Part shown: positions 38,060 through 47,417 of the stretch, piece after piece | How positions within the stretch are numbered: the first letter of the stretch is position 1 | Layout: each line of letters opens with the position of its first letter | Assembly: GCA_030038255.1 (NCBI GenBank) | Contig: JASHPH010000170.1 | Location: 4,204 to 68,203, forward strand | From: Candidatus Sulfotelmatobacter sp. | GTDB taxonomy: Bacteria > Acidobacteriota > Terriglobia > Terriglobales > Acidobacteriaceae | Length of the DNA stretch: 64,000 bases | Direction of reading: 5' to 3' | Notes under the pieces: generated by a model | Seen by the model: only the letters and a program-made list of their open reading frames with translations | What the model was told of the DNA's origin: nothing | Database searches by the model: none | Translations under genes and position numbers: made by a program

Positions 38060-38869
38060 CTAGCTCGACTGCGACTTCAGCCATTTGTCGAAATCTTCCT
38101 GCGACATCACGTTCAAATAGGCTTTCATGTTGTAGTGGCCAAGGCCGCAAAGCTGCGTGCAAACGATCTCATACTTGCCGATCTTGGTGGCCGTGAAATG
38201 GAGCGAAAGATCGAGGCCGGGAACAAAATCCTGCTGAATGCGCATCTCGCGGATGTAAAAAGAATGGCCTACGTCCTTGGCGTGCATCATCAGATGGATT
38301 TCTTTGTTCACCGGGATGACAAACTCGCCGGACTGAATGTCGTCGCGAGCGTCCACATCGTTCGCGGGATCGAGGCCAAAGTAGTTCGCGTTGCCCTCAT
38401 CGATCTTGTCGGGATGAAGAGCGCCGAACTTTCCGTCCGGACCGGGATAGTGGAAGTAGAAAGCGAACTGCCCGGCCTGGACCTGGACGGGCAGTGCATC
38501 GGCCGATGCCGGCTTGAAGTAAACCGTGGCCCACGCCTTGGTGCCGATGGCGCCAAGAGCGATGGCCTCAGCGCCTACGAGCAGGAGAGCGGCGATCACG
38601 AGATACTTGGCACCGCCGGGAAAATTCTTGAGCGGCCCATCCTTGCGTCCACCAAACTGCCACACGAAGAAGCCCAGCACCAACTGAGCGGCGAGGAAAG
38701 ACAAGCCAGCCTCGACCATGGTCTCGTCCATCTGCTTGTCAATCTCCGCCCCGTGCGTGGAGATATCTTCCGGCGGGGCCACGGTAGCACCCAGGAAGGT
38801 ATGCGTAATGATTGGAACCGCTGAGGCCAACGCAATCACGATCATCAGCACCGCAAATAGCTTGCCCAT
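38060..38869 (-). CDS. ctaC: Cytochrome c oxidase subunit II (CuA; no fused cytochrome c domain)
   Basis: CuA motif DVGHSF...CTQLCGLGHYNM. The ATG at 38869 is preferred; the track start at 38926 is a TTG. Confidence 0.9.
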   Translation of the reverse strand: MGKLFAVLMIVIALASAVPIITHTFLGATVAPPEDISTHGAEIDKQMDETMVEAGLSFLAAQLVLGFFVWQFGGRKDGPLKNFPGGAKYLVIAALLLVGAEAIALGAIGTKAWATVYFKPASADALPVQVQAGQFAFYFHYPGPDGKFGALHPDKIDEGNANYFGLDPANDVDARDDIQSGEFVIPVNKEIHLMMHAKDVGHSFYIREMRIQQDFVPGLDLSLHFTATKIGKYEIVCTQLCGLGHYNMKAYLNVMSQEDFDKWLKSQSS

Positions 38870-38950
38870 GTTCCCCACCTGCGCTTCGGTTTGCCCGAAG
38901 CCACTGTTTGCAATTCGACTCGCCAACGCGGACTACTAGAAAATTGATGG

Positions 38951-39661
38951 TTAGTACGGCTTCAGCGCGAAACTGAAGTCAACAGTCTTGGTCTCGTTTC
39001 CGGTAATGGTCACGTCCTGAGTTTTGCTCTCTCCGCCGCCCGTAGTGCCTTCGTGCCAGGCCGTAATCGTGTATTTGCCCGGCGGCAGGTTGGGCAGAGT
39101 GTAAGCCCCGTCGCCGGAAGTGACTGCGTAGTGGTTGGTTTTGAGCACCGCGAACCAGCCGTGCATCCAAGGATGGATGTTGCACTTTACCTCGATAAAT
39201 TCGGGCTGATCCCATTTGTCCTTGATGGGCGGACTGCCAGGCGGCTGAGACTTATTCCACTCGCGGTTGACTTTGGCGAGGGGATGAATGTTGTGAGATG
39301 TCTGGTCCTCGTTAAGCACGTCAAGTTCCTGGCCGGTGTGCATGGTCACAACGTGCGGGATGTATTGGCACCCTTTCTGAGTGAAAGTTATGGCCTGAGC
39401 CGGCGCATTGGCATCATCGGCGCCAGCAGACACGTAAACCACAACGTTGTCCAAGGCATTGTTGGCGCCGGTTACCACGCCCTCGGTCATGACCGGAGTC
39501 GCGTGCTGCTTGGCGCAGGATGGCTCCTTTGACATGTCGATGGGGTGCTGCTTGGCCGGAGTTCCGGTATAAGTCACCTTGCCGCTGATCGTGCCGCCGA
39601 ACATCAGGGCAGGGCCTACTACCAGTGCTAGTAATGTCACTAAACACTGCCGCGTACGCAT
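38951..39661 (-). CDS. Secreted cupredoxin-like (type-1 copper motif) protein with a carboxypeptidase-regulatory-like beta-sandwich
   Basis: LNEDQTSHNIHP...KCNIHPWMHG (compare amicyanin C-T-P-H-P-F-M). The C-terminal GAYTLPNLPPGKYTITAWHE is CarboxypepD_reg-like. Signal peptide present. Confidence 0.55.
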   Translation of the reverse strand: MRTRQCLVTLLALVVGPALMFGGTISGKVTYTGTPAKQHPIDMSKEPSCAKQHATPVMTEGVVTGANNALDNVVVYVSAGADDANAPAQAITFTQKGCQYIPHVVTMHTGQELDVLNEDQTSHNIHPLAKVNREWNKSQPPGSPPIKDKWDQPEFIEVKCNIHPWMHGWFAVLKTNHYAVTSGDGAYTLPNLPPGKYTITAWHEGTTGGGESKTQDVTITGNETKTVDFSFALKPY

Positions 39662-39671
39662 GGAGTGCCTC

Positions 39672-40643
39672 CTAAAAAATTGTGTTCAACTTTCCGCCGC
39701 CGGCCGTCCTGGCATCGGACTGGCCCGCCGGCGCTTCGGCTTGTTTTTCGACGTAGGGAGGAATTTTTCCTCCTGCTGCTTTCAGCACGTCGTTCTCTTT
39801 GCTGTGACGGTGCACCTGCAACGTGCGCAGGAAATGAACCAAATCCCACGCATCGGCAGGTTGGATGGTATCCGCGAACGAAGGCATCGGGGTTCCATCC
39901 ACGCCGGTCATGAAAATTTTGTAGATGTCCGCGTTGGTCGAGCCGCACTTAAAGCGCGAATCGTCTTTCCCGGCAGCAAAATTATACGGCCGGATGGGAT
40001 TGTCCTGGCTGTCGGTCAAAGTTGACGCGGAGGGCCCATCGCCCTTGCCTTGTGGCCCATGACACTTCCAGCATTCCAGCTTGGTGAACAGCGCCTTGCC
40101 GTGGGAAATGCTCTCAATCGTGACCGGCGGCTCGGGTGGAATCTTGATCGGGTCGCCAGGTTTTTCCTTCTGCCAGCGCGGCGAAAACGTCTTAATCAGA
40201 GCGACGAGGTCGGCACGGTCCTGGCGAGAGAGCGTGTTCCAGGTCGGCATGTTCGAGTTGGTGAGGCCGCGCTCGATGCTGTTGAACAGATCCTCATCGG
40301 TGGGCAGCGTGCCGGTCGGCGTGGAACGGCACTTGAAGGTGGCCAGCGTGAAGTTTCGGGGCTTGGGATCAAGCCATGGCGTGTTCTCGCCCTGGCCATC
40401 GCCCAGCTCGCCGTGACAGCCGGCGCAATAACGGCGATAGATGAAGCCAGCATTGTCGGAATCGGAGTTCCCCGTGAGATTGCCGATGTGGCTCTCCATA
40501 TGAGGCGGAGGCATCGGCGGATGAGGGCCCACATCTGGGACCTCCTGCGCTCGCGCCACGGTGAATCCGGCCGCGAGAATGAAACTGAGAATCGCGCTGA
40601 CCGAGGGCATCGCTTTCGAATTGTTCATTGGCAGCATCCTCAA
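39672..40643 (-). CDS. Periplasmic dihaem class-I cytochrome c
   Basis: Signal peptide plus two motifs, CAGCHGELGDGQG and CWKCHGPQGKGDG, each followed by a distal Met region. Confidence 0.8.
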   Translation of the reverse strand: MRMLPMNNSKAMPSVSAILSFILAAGFTVARAQEVPDVGPHPPMPPPHMESHIGNLTGNSDSDNAGFIYRRYCAGCHGELGDGQGENTPWLDPKPRNFTLATFKCRSTPTGTLPTDEDLFNSIERGLTNSNMPTWNTLSRQDRADLVALIKTFSPRWQKEKPGDPIKIPPEPPVTIESISHGKALFTKLECWKCHGPQGKGDGPSASTLTDSQDNPIRPYNFAAGKDDSRFKCGSTNADIYKIFMTGVDGTPMPSFADTIQPADAWDLVHFLRTLQVHRHSKENDVLKAAGGKIPPYVEKQAEAPAGQSDARTAGGGKLNTIF

Positions 40644-40682
40644 AGTGAATTTTTGCCGGACGATCCGGCCGTTTCATTCTCG

Positions 40683-42224
40683 TTAGAAATCGAAGTCAAA
40701 GCCCAATAAGAGCTCGTTGGTATTGGTGTTTACGTTGGGGTACACGGCCGTCGACCCTGGGTAGGCCGGCCCCGTGCCGACTTGGTGGAAGATGTTGTAT
40801 TCGGCCTGCAACGCCAGACCCGCCCGGCTGGTCATAAACGGGTTGTAGCGAATGAGGAAGTCATAGTTGTTGATATTTCCCAGGTTCGAAGGCATGGGGC
40901 CGGTGTACCCATTCGCTCCGGTAACAGTGGTTAGGTAACCGGGACCGTTGGCTTGGCGCGACATCCGCTCCGCCTCGTATTCGCCGATAAAGATGAGCTG
41001 CGGACTGAAGACGTAGCGCGCCTCGACCGTGTAGCCGTTCCAGGTTGGGCCCTGCGATCCCTGCGGAAGAGTGAGCAAAGGATTGCTGTTGGGCAGGCAA
41101 CCAGTCGGAGTGGCGGGAGTACAGGTGGGGATTCCGTTCTCAGCGCTGCCGGGATTGATGGCGTCGCCATAACCCTGCCCGAACCAGGCGTTATCTAGGC
41201 CGTGCTGGGTCACGAAGTTCACGTCAAAGTGGGGGCCGAAGTAGAACTGACCGGTAAAGCCCACACGGCTGAAGCTCTTGTTGCCGATCCCGGAACCAGG
41301 GATGGGCACACCGGCGGACGTCCGGTAGTACGTTGCCGCCTGTCCGATAAAGGCGTAAGCCCCCAGGCGATCGACGCCCAACTTGCCTGCATCAATCCCC
41401 TGGTCGAACGTGAAGAACCCGCTGTATGAGTTCGCACCGGTAATCAGGTTCTCATTGCCATCGCTGGAACTGAGCAAGGCCGCTGAGATGCGTGTCCGAT
41501 CATCGTACGAGTGGCCCACATACTCCGCGCCCAATTGATTGGATCCCATCTGACCGAAGATGTTGCCGTCCCCGAGTGGGATGAAGTGATAGGTCTGATA
41601 CATCCCGCCGTATGCGGTGAGCTGGACCATGCGCTTTTCCGAGAGCAGGTTGTTAAGCTCGAACCGGCCCATCTTGATGTTGAGCCACGGAGTGCCCAGG
41701 ATGTTATCGAAGCGCGCCATCACGGTTTCGAAATGGAAGGTTGCCGTCGGATCTGATGACGGGAGCACATAGAACGAGATGTTCTTCTCCAGCGTTCCAC
41801 CGGTGTGGAAGTCGAGACCGCTGAGGTCAAACCCGCTACTGGTGATGCGTTCGAGCGCGCCGTTTGTAGTGTACGTTGTCGGAGAGGTGTACACGTCTAC
41901 GGCGCTGAGGCTGCTATAGCGGTGCCAGATGGGCGTGATGCGGAACGTGACTGGCCAGTACGACGGATTCTGCCAGATCGGGGCATCGCGATCGTTCATT
42001 AGCTGATAGCCGTTGTCCCTGAACTTCAGCCCAAAGTTGTTCAGTATCGGCCAAGTTTCGTGACAGGCCGAGCAGCGCAAGCCGTATTTGCGCGCAAAGG
42101 CCGGTAAGGCATTGGCCCGCTGATTGCCGGCTAGCATGACGAATACGACAATCATCGCTGCGGTTAGAAGGTATCGAATGGACCACGGATTCCGGGAAAG
42201 GCGAGACTGCGTGCCGATACGCAT
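40683..42224 (-). CDS. Putative outer-membrane beta-barrel protein with an N-terminal CxxCH haem-binding motif
   Basis: ATG at 42224 with a GAGGAG RBS. Signal peptide ...VFVMLAGNQRANA, then LPAFARKYGLRCSACHETWPILNNFGLKFRDNGY. A long Gly/Tyr/Asn/Thr-rich region with alternating pattern ends in ...LLLGFDFDF (terminal Phe). Confidence 0.5.
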   Translation of the reverse strand: MRIGTQSRLSRNPWSIRYLLTAAMIVVFVMLAGNQRANALPAFARKYGLRCSACHETWPILNNFGLKFRDNGYQLMNDRDAPIWQNPSYWPVTFRITPIWHRYSSLSAVDVYTSPTTYTTNGALERITSSGFDLSGLDFHTGGTLEKNISFYVLPSSDPTATFHFETVMARFDNILGTPWLNIKMGRFELNNLLSEKRMVQLTAYGGMYQTYHFIPLGDGNIFGQMGSNQLGAEYVGHSYDDRTRISAALLSSSDGNENLITGANSYSGFFTFDQGIDAGKLGVDRLGAYAFIGQAATYYRTSAGVPIPGSGIGNKSFSRVGFTGQFYFGPHFDVNFVTQHGLDNAWFGQGYGDAINPGSAENGIPTCTPATPTGCLPNSNPLLTLPQGSQGPTWNGYTVEARYVFSPQLIFIGEYEAERMSRQANGPGYLTTVTGANGYTGPMPSNLGNINNYDFLIRYNPFMTSRAGLALQAEYNIFHQVGTGPAYPGSTAVYPNVNTNTNELLLGFDFDF

Positions 42225-42630
42225 ACCGAGCTCCTCATGGAAACTCTGTGTTAAACACAACCTGGTGTTGAACAATGCCTGCATCCCACGAATGCAAAGA
42301 CAAGTTTTTTGACAGCGGCGACGAAGCTGGTTGTCTGCGGAACCCCTGCCGCAGACTGTTTCGCGCTGTTTCGCGCGAAGTAGGAGCGCGTGAAGTTTTC
42401 ACTGTCTGTAGCGGTACTGCCACTACCGGCGTAGCCGCCGCAGGTCCTACCACCGTACCGGGGCGGAATCCTACTACGGGTCTGCAACAACTTGCAAGAG
42501 GGTCTTCACATTTTTTGATATTGTCTCGCGGTGCCGCAGTTCCTCCCCAGGGCTGGATATCAAGAAAGAGTGCCCGACGAGTTGACAGATCGCAACGGAG
42601 TTGAGAATCTTTGCTTCGGAAAGGAGCCTC

Positions 42631-43599
42631 GTGCGGAAACCAGAATGCCAACGCAAGACATACACTGGCCGCAGTTTGCCGCGCCTGTGCAAGGGGTTGC
42701 TTGCGATGGCATGTGCGTTGACGGCGCTGCCACTGGCCGGGAGCGGGAAAGAAGGCATTCAGTGGGGAGCGGGACTTATCATGAATGTCCCATTTTCCGA
42801 AAAGGAAGTTGCGCAGGTCGTCGAGGACGTGGCTCAAAACGGGATCATCCGGGGAACCAAAGAGTACAACAAGGACGAGTACATTACTGGCGCTGCCGCA
42901 GTCAGCTCCACCCACGTGTTCCCCGAAAAGATGCAGGGCAAGGTCTTCTATAAGGTCCGCCTGAACACGCTCGATCCACGTAACTTTAAAGACAGCACCG
43001 ACATGGGCACTCTGGCCGTGCGGTATGTGCTTCAGCCTCAGGGCGATAAGAATACGATTTTGCGTATCGACGCGCGGTTTGTTGAGGATTTCCGGCGAGT
43101 TTCCCATGCCTCCAATGGCAGCGTGGAAAGCGCCGAGTACAAAGACATTCATGATCGCCTGGAATCGCTCCAGTTGATGAAAGCCGAGACCGTCGAAGCG
43201 GAAAAGGAGAAACAGGAGTATCTGGCGAGAAAGCAACAACTCGCGCCCATGAATGAGTCTGGATCATCGAGTTCCGCGTCAAGCGGCGATTCCAGCAGCG
43301 CGGCGCAGGTCCGGGAAAATGTGGGCGTAACCGCAGCGTCCCTCAACGAAGGCGCGCCAGTCGTTCCGCAGACACTCGAAGAACATGTCAAGGATCTTCG
43401 GCGGCAAGTCGAGCGAACCGTAAAATCGCCCGGCGCGCCCCTGAAATCGGCTCCCTTCAACACGGCGAGCACATTGCAGACTCTGCCCGCAGGCACCGAA
43501 GTCCTGATCGTGATTTCGACGCCCTACTGGCTGGGAATTGAGACCCACGATGGCCAGCACGGATGGATATTGCGAGACGACTTGGAGTTGTTGCCATGA
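42631..43599 (+). CDS. Secreted protein with a C-terminal SH3-like domain
   Basis: GTG at 42631 preceded by AAGGAG (42621-42626). Signal peptide ..LLAMACALTALPLAGSG, a ~150-aa domain, a coiled/Ser-rich linker, then LPAGTEVLIVISTPYWLGIETHDGQHGWILRDDLELL (bacterial SH3-like). Confidence 0.6.
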   Translation: MRKPECQRKTYTGRSLPRLCKGLLAMACALTALPLAGSGKEGIQWGAGLIMNVPFSEKEVAQVVEDVAQNGIIRGTKEYNKDEYITGAAAVSSTHVFPEKMQGKVFYKVRLNTLDPRNFKDSTDMGTLAVRYVLQPQGDKNTILRIDARFVEDFRRVSHASNGSVESAEYKDIHDRLESLQLMKAETVEAEKEKQEYLARKQQLAPMNESGSSSSASSGDSSSAAQVRENVGVTAASLNEGAPVVPQTLEEHVKDLRRQVERTVKSPGAPLKSAPFNTASTLQTLPAGTEVLIVISTPYWLGIETHDGQHGWILRDDLELLP

Positions 43600-45017
43600 C
43601 GCTCGGATCGCATGTACTTCGCGTCGTGGCCTCGGGCACGATTTTGGCGGGGCTCATGGCCGCAGCCGTTTGGGCGCAGGACAGCCCGCATGAACGCATA
43701 TTTCCGCAACGTAAAGCTACCGTAGAGAAGGTCCTTCAAACGTTGCAGCCGAGTCTGGCCGGCCACTTGCCCACGCTTGAGGGATTCGCCAGGCTGGGAG
43801 ATCACCCGCTCGAACGCTATCAGCGCGGCTATTACCAGACTACTGTGGAGGTCAGCGTGATGGCCGACGGAAGTTCACTGGTACGGGCCACGTCGAAAGT
43901 GACCGCCTGGTATTCCGATCCCGCAGGATTCCATTCCGGATATCAGTTGCTCACGTCCAACGGGCGCATCGAGGAAGATCTGCTCGATCAGTTGGCGGAT
44001 CAGCTTGCTCGGGCTTCAGGGGAGCAAGCCAATCGGGGTGCTCCCGTCGCCGCATCGAAAGTAGCCCCCGAGACACGTGCGTCCGCGTCCGGTGTTGGGT
44101 CCCTCCCGCCTGATGAGGGTAACCGCAGCAATTCTTCCGCTTCAACCGCGAAGCCGGTTGCTACCGCGCCACCACCGACCGGCTCAGACATTTTGGCTCC
44201 GTCAGCGGTTTCGCGCGCCGAAGAATTCGCCGCATCGTCCAACCCGAACTTGAGTTCGGCCGAGCAGGCAAGTGCGCACGACTCGACGCAGCCCAACCTG
44301 AATCAACCAAACAGCGACAAGGCAAATAGCGCCTTGCGGGCCGAAGCCGAGAGTCTGGAGGAGATCCTCAGAAATCAGGCTCACCCCAACAATCTCGTGG
44401 CTGTTAGGAAATCGGGGACGCCCGTGGTGAACTCACCCAGCATTACGGCGAAGCCTCTGTTTCTGGCCAGCATGCACGATGAGTTTGAGTTGCTGGACTT
44501 CAGCCGCGACTGGGTGCACGTGCGTATCTCCGGCCTTTCGCGTGGCTGGATCTGGCGCGATAGCGTCGAGATGCCCAACGGCATCCCGGACACCGTTGTG
44601 CAGAATGGTCCGGCGCCGGCGGCGGCAGCCGATCTATTCCGCGTTGTGCGGGAGGAAACAGCGCCCTTCCCTGGCGACTGGGAGCCGCTTCGCGGCAAGA
44701 CCGTGAAAATTTTCTCCGTGCAGGAGGCTGACGAAAGGGCCAAGAACACGAGTCCGACCGAACGCCTGGCCTATGCGAAGTTCCTCCTTGACAAAAGCTA
44801 TGCGGAGATGACGCAGAAAGCGGCAAACGAGAAGACTCAGGCATTGACCGGCATCGTGCTGATCTTCGACTCCGCTGATGGCGGCATGATCGCGGCGACC
44901 ATGGCGGCTTTGCAGCAGTGGAAAGCCGGGGCTCTTTCGGATTCAGCGCTGTGGCATAGGTGCTTCTTTGATCCTCCGGAAATATTTGATTCAGCGGGAA
45001 CTTCCGGGAGTCAGTAG
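43596..45017 (+). CDS. Secreted protein with an internal SH3-like domain and an Ala/Ser/Pro-rich linker
   Basis: The ATG at 43596 overlaps the upstream TGA (ATGA). Signal peptide MTLGSHVLRVVASGTILAGLMAAAVWAQ. FELLDFSRDWVHVRISGLSRGWIWRDSVEM is SH3-like. Confidence 0.6.
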   Translation: MTLGSHVLRVVASGTILAGLMAAAVWAQDSPHERIFPQRKATVEKVLQTLQPSLAGHLPTLEGFARLGDHPLERYQRGYYQTTVEVSVMADGSSLVRATSKVTAWYSDPAGFHSGYQLLTSNGRIEEDLLDQLADQLARASGEQANRGAPVAASKVAPETRASASGVGSLPPDEGNRSNSSASTAKPVATAPPPTGSDILAPSAVSRAEEFAASSNPNLSSAEQASAHDSTQPNLNQPNSDKANSALRAEAESLEEILRNQAHPNNLVAVRKSGTPVVNSPSITAKPLFLASMHDEFELLDFSRDWVHVRISGLSRGWIWRDSVEMPNGIPDTVVQNGPAPAAAADLFRVVREETAPFPGDWEPLRGKTVKIFSVQEADERAKNTSPTERLAYAKFLLDKSYAEMTQKAANEKTQALTGIVLIFDSADGGMIAATMAALQQWKAGALSDSALWHRCFFDPPEIFDSAGTSGSQ

Positions 45018-45124
45018 CGGCAGCGAGAAATCGACAACGCGCGTCTGATAGGTTGCATTCAGGTACGCGATTGCGTTTTCTCTTGACTTTGGAATATCTT
45101 CGGAGTACCTATGCAATCCTTGAG

Positions 45125-45157
45125 CACGCAACGGCGTGGGGTCTTGCGTGTCTTTTT
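45125..45157 (+). terminator. Candidate intrinsic terminator or attenuator hairpin
   Basis: CACGCAA-N12-TTGCGTG (7-bp stem) followed by TCTTTTT. Lies 108 nt after the SH3-protein stop and 40 nt before the ctaB start. Confidence 0.4.
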
Positions 45158-45196
45158 CCGGTGATTCGACTCTAAGAGAATAATACGGCCTAATTC

Positions 45197-46129
45197 ATGA
45201 GCACTACCACACTGCCTCTCTCTGGTTTGAGCACTCGAACGGTTTCCCTGTTTCGCGACTATGCCGAACTGACCAAACTGCGGGTCACCACGTTAATCGT
45301 GATGACCGCCTGGTGCGGATACTTCTTCGGCGCGCACAAGGCCGGCGTTCCCTGGTTTAGCTCTGGGCTATTCCACGCTCTGCTGGGCATTGGGCTGGTT
45401 TCCAGCGGCACTGCGGCGCTGAACGAAGTGATGGAGCACGACGTGGATGCGAATATGCGCCGCACTGCGCGGCGTCCCATTCCTGCGGGGCGTATGAGCT
45501 TGTTGCATGCCGGTTTGGCGGGCGTGCTGGCGGCTGTGGGAGGTTCGATCTACCTTGCGGTATTCACGAACCCGCTGACGGGATTGCTCACGTTCCTGAC
45601 TTCCGTGGTGTATCTGGCCGCTTACACTCCGCTGAAGCGCATTTCTCCCATTTGCACGTTCGTAGGGGCTTTTCCTGGAGCCATGCCGGGCGTGCTGGGC
45701 TGGACGGCTGCGCGCGGTCAACTGGAATGGGGCACGCTGGTGCTCTTTGCCATCCTGTTCGTGTGGCAGTTTCCGCACTTCTTTTCAATCGCGTGGCTGT
45801 ACCGCGAGGACTATGCCCGTGGCGGAGTCCGCATGCTGCCTGTCGTGGAAGAGGATGGGCGCTCGACCGCCCGCCGCATCCTCATCTACTCGGTAGCACT
45901 GATTCCAATCAGTGTGCTACCCAGCCTCATGGGCATGGCCGGCAGAATTTACTTTGTGGGCGCGGTCGCGCTCGGTTTTGCGCTGCTGTATTTCGGAATT
46001 CGTCTGGCCTTTCAGAAGATGCCTGTGGCCAGCGCGCCCTCAAAGATGCGGGCCCGCCACGTACTGCAGGCGACAGTGATCTACCTGCCGATACTCTTCG
46101 CTCTGATGATGGGCAACTCGCTGCGGTAA
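45197..46129 (+). CDS. ctaB: Protoheme IX farnesyltransferase (heme O synthase)
   Basis: YAELTKLRVTTLIVMTAWCGY...ALNEVMEHDVDANMRRTARRPIP...FVWQFPHFFSIAW, UbiA-family CyoE/CtaB motifs. Confidence 0.9.
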   Translation: MSTTTLPLSGLSTRTVSLFRDYAELTKLRVTTLIVMTAWCGYFFGAHKAGVPWFSSGLFHALLGIGLVSSGTAALNEVMEHDVDANMRRTARRPIPAGRMSLLHAGLAGVLAAVGGSIYLAVFTNPLTGLLTFLTSVVYLAAYTPLKRISPICTFVGAFPGAMPGVLGWTAARGQLEWGTLVLFAILFVWQFPHFFSIAWLYREDYARGGVRMLPVVEEDGRSTARRILIYSVALIPISVLPSLMGMAGRIYFVGAVALGFALLYFGIRLAFQKMPVASAPSKMRARHVLQATVIYLPILFALMMGNSLR

Positions 46130-46208
46130 GACACCGGGGAACTTTCGAATCGCTTCCCGTCCAGTTTCTGTTTCCCGCTCTCCTCCGGGGAATCTCCTTA
46201 GCTTCAAG

Positions 46209-47345
46209 CTATCGATTCTGCGCGGTTTGTTTTGGCGCCAGGTCTGGCGGAGGTCCAAGAGTCTCGGGCATCTTCGCCGTCAGCGATTCCAGAAATGCCA
46301 GCAGGTCGTCCCGCTCGTCGAAGCTGAGGAAGTCGAGCGCGTGGATTTCCTTGTCTAGGTTCTTGTTCATGTTTCCGCCGCCGATGTAGTGTCCCAGTGC
46401 ATCTTTCAGTGTCGGGAAACTGCCGTCGTGCATGTACGGAGCGCGCTTGGCGATGTTGCGTAGCGTGGGAGTTTTGAACGCTCCCCAATCGGCGTCATTC
46501 TTGGTCTGATCGTAACGGCCCAGGTCGGTCATGTTGCCGCGCGTGTCTGCACCGACGCCGAGGTTATGGAATTTGTTGTCGGTGAAAAGCGCGTACTCCT
46601 TGCCGATCGTGTGACAGGTGGTGCAGTCTCCCTTCTTCGGGTCTATGAACAATTTCAATCCTCGTTGCGCCGAGGCCGAAAGCGCGGTTTTGTCGTCACC
46701 ATAATAGAAGCGATCAAAAGCGGAGTTGCCGCACAGCACGGTGCGTTCGAACGATGCAATGGATTTCACAACCAGATCGATCGTGATCTGGTCCGTCCCC
46801 CAGGCTTGCTTGAATAGAGAAACGTATTTGGGGTCGGCTTGCAGGCGCTTGACGACGTCGGCATGGGTTGAGGCCATTTCTACCGGGTTGATGATCGGTC
46901 CCTTGGCCTGCTCCTCTAGGCTGGGAGCACGACCATCCCAGAATTGCAAAGAGTTATAGGCGGAATTGATCACGGTTGGGGAGTGGCGAGTACCTTTCTT
47001 GCCTCCGACACCGGTCGATACGGGATGCGTATCGGTAAATCCGAATGGCGCGTGGCATGAAGCACACGAAACCGTGTTGTCCGCAGACAGCACAGGGTCG
47101 TAATAAAGGCGGCGCCCAAGCGCGACGCTGGCGGCTGTGGGAGGGTTGTCAGGCGGAATCGGGACCGGTGGCAGTCCCAGCGGCGCTTTGATTTCGAGCG
47201 GCGGCCCAACGGGCATCGCGCCGGCGACTGTTGGCGCCACGCCCCGACTCGAGGCAGGCACCGGGTTATAGCCAATAGCTAATGCGACGAGTGCAAACAG
47301 GAACAGAGAAAACACAAGAAGACGGATTCTTTCCGGAGATCGCAT
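46209..47345 (-). CDS. Dihaem cytochrome c peroxidase (CCP/MauG family)
   Basis: The ATG at 47345 is preceded by AGGAGG; the track start at 47369 is a TTG. CASCH and CTTCH motifs, FKTPTLRNIA..APYMHDG is typical of bacterial CCP. Confidence 0.85.
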   Translation of the reverse strand: MRSPERIRLLVFSLFLFALVALAIGYNPVPASSRGVAPTVAGAMPVGPPLEIKAPLGLPPVPIPPDNPPTAASVALGRRLYYDPVLSADNTVSCASCHAPFGFTDTHPVSTGVGGKKGTRHSPTVINSAYNSLQFWDGRAPSLEEQAKGPIINPVEMASTHADVVKRLQADPKYVSLFKQAWGTDQITIDLVVKSIASFERTVLCGNSAFDRFYYGDDKTALSASAQRGLKLFIDPKKGDCTTCHTIGKEYALFTDNKFHNLGVGADTRGNMTDLGRYDQTKNDADWGAFKTPTLRNIAKRAPYMHDGSFPTLKDALGHYIGGGNMNKNLDKEIHALDFLSFDERDDLLAFLESLTAKMPETLGPPPDLAPKQTAQNR

Positions 47346-47354
47346 AGAACCTCC

Positions 47355-47370
47355 TTTGCGGGATCGCAAA
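47355..47370 (-). promoter_or_regulatory. 16-bp perfect palindrome TTTGCG-N4-CGCAAA abutting the ccp Shine-Dalgarno sequence
   Basis: The minus-strand mRNA would read UUUGCGAUCCCGCAAA-GGAGG-UUCU-AUG. Confidence 0.35.
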
Positions 47371-47395
47371 AATTCTATGTTTCGGAATCAGTATT

Positions 47396-47417
47396 GGATG
47401 TGTTTGGAATCACATCC
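47396..47417. repeat. 7-bp inverted repeat GGATGTG-N8-CACATCC between the EBP stop and the ccp start
   Basis: Read directly. No U-tract on the minus strand, so it is not a classic terminator. Confidence 0.35.

Noticed and set aside
42582-42610. Sigma-70-like promoter TTGACA-N17-GAATCT upstream of the first SH3-protein gene
   Set aside because: The -35 is perfect, but the -10 matches TATAAT at only 2-3 positions. The promoter consensus of this lineage is unknown to me.
42235-43239. 334-aa minus-strand ORF overlapping the first SH3-protein gene
   Set aside because: The + strand ORF has an AAGGAG RBS, a signal peptide, an SH3-like domain and ATGA coupling to the next gene. The minus ORF has no RBS or motif, and its 3' part would run into the promoter region of the beta-barrel gene.
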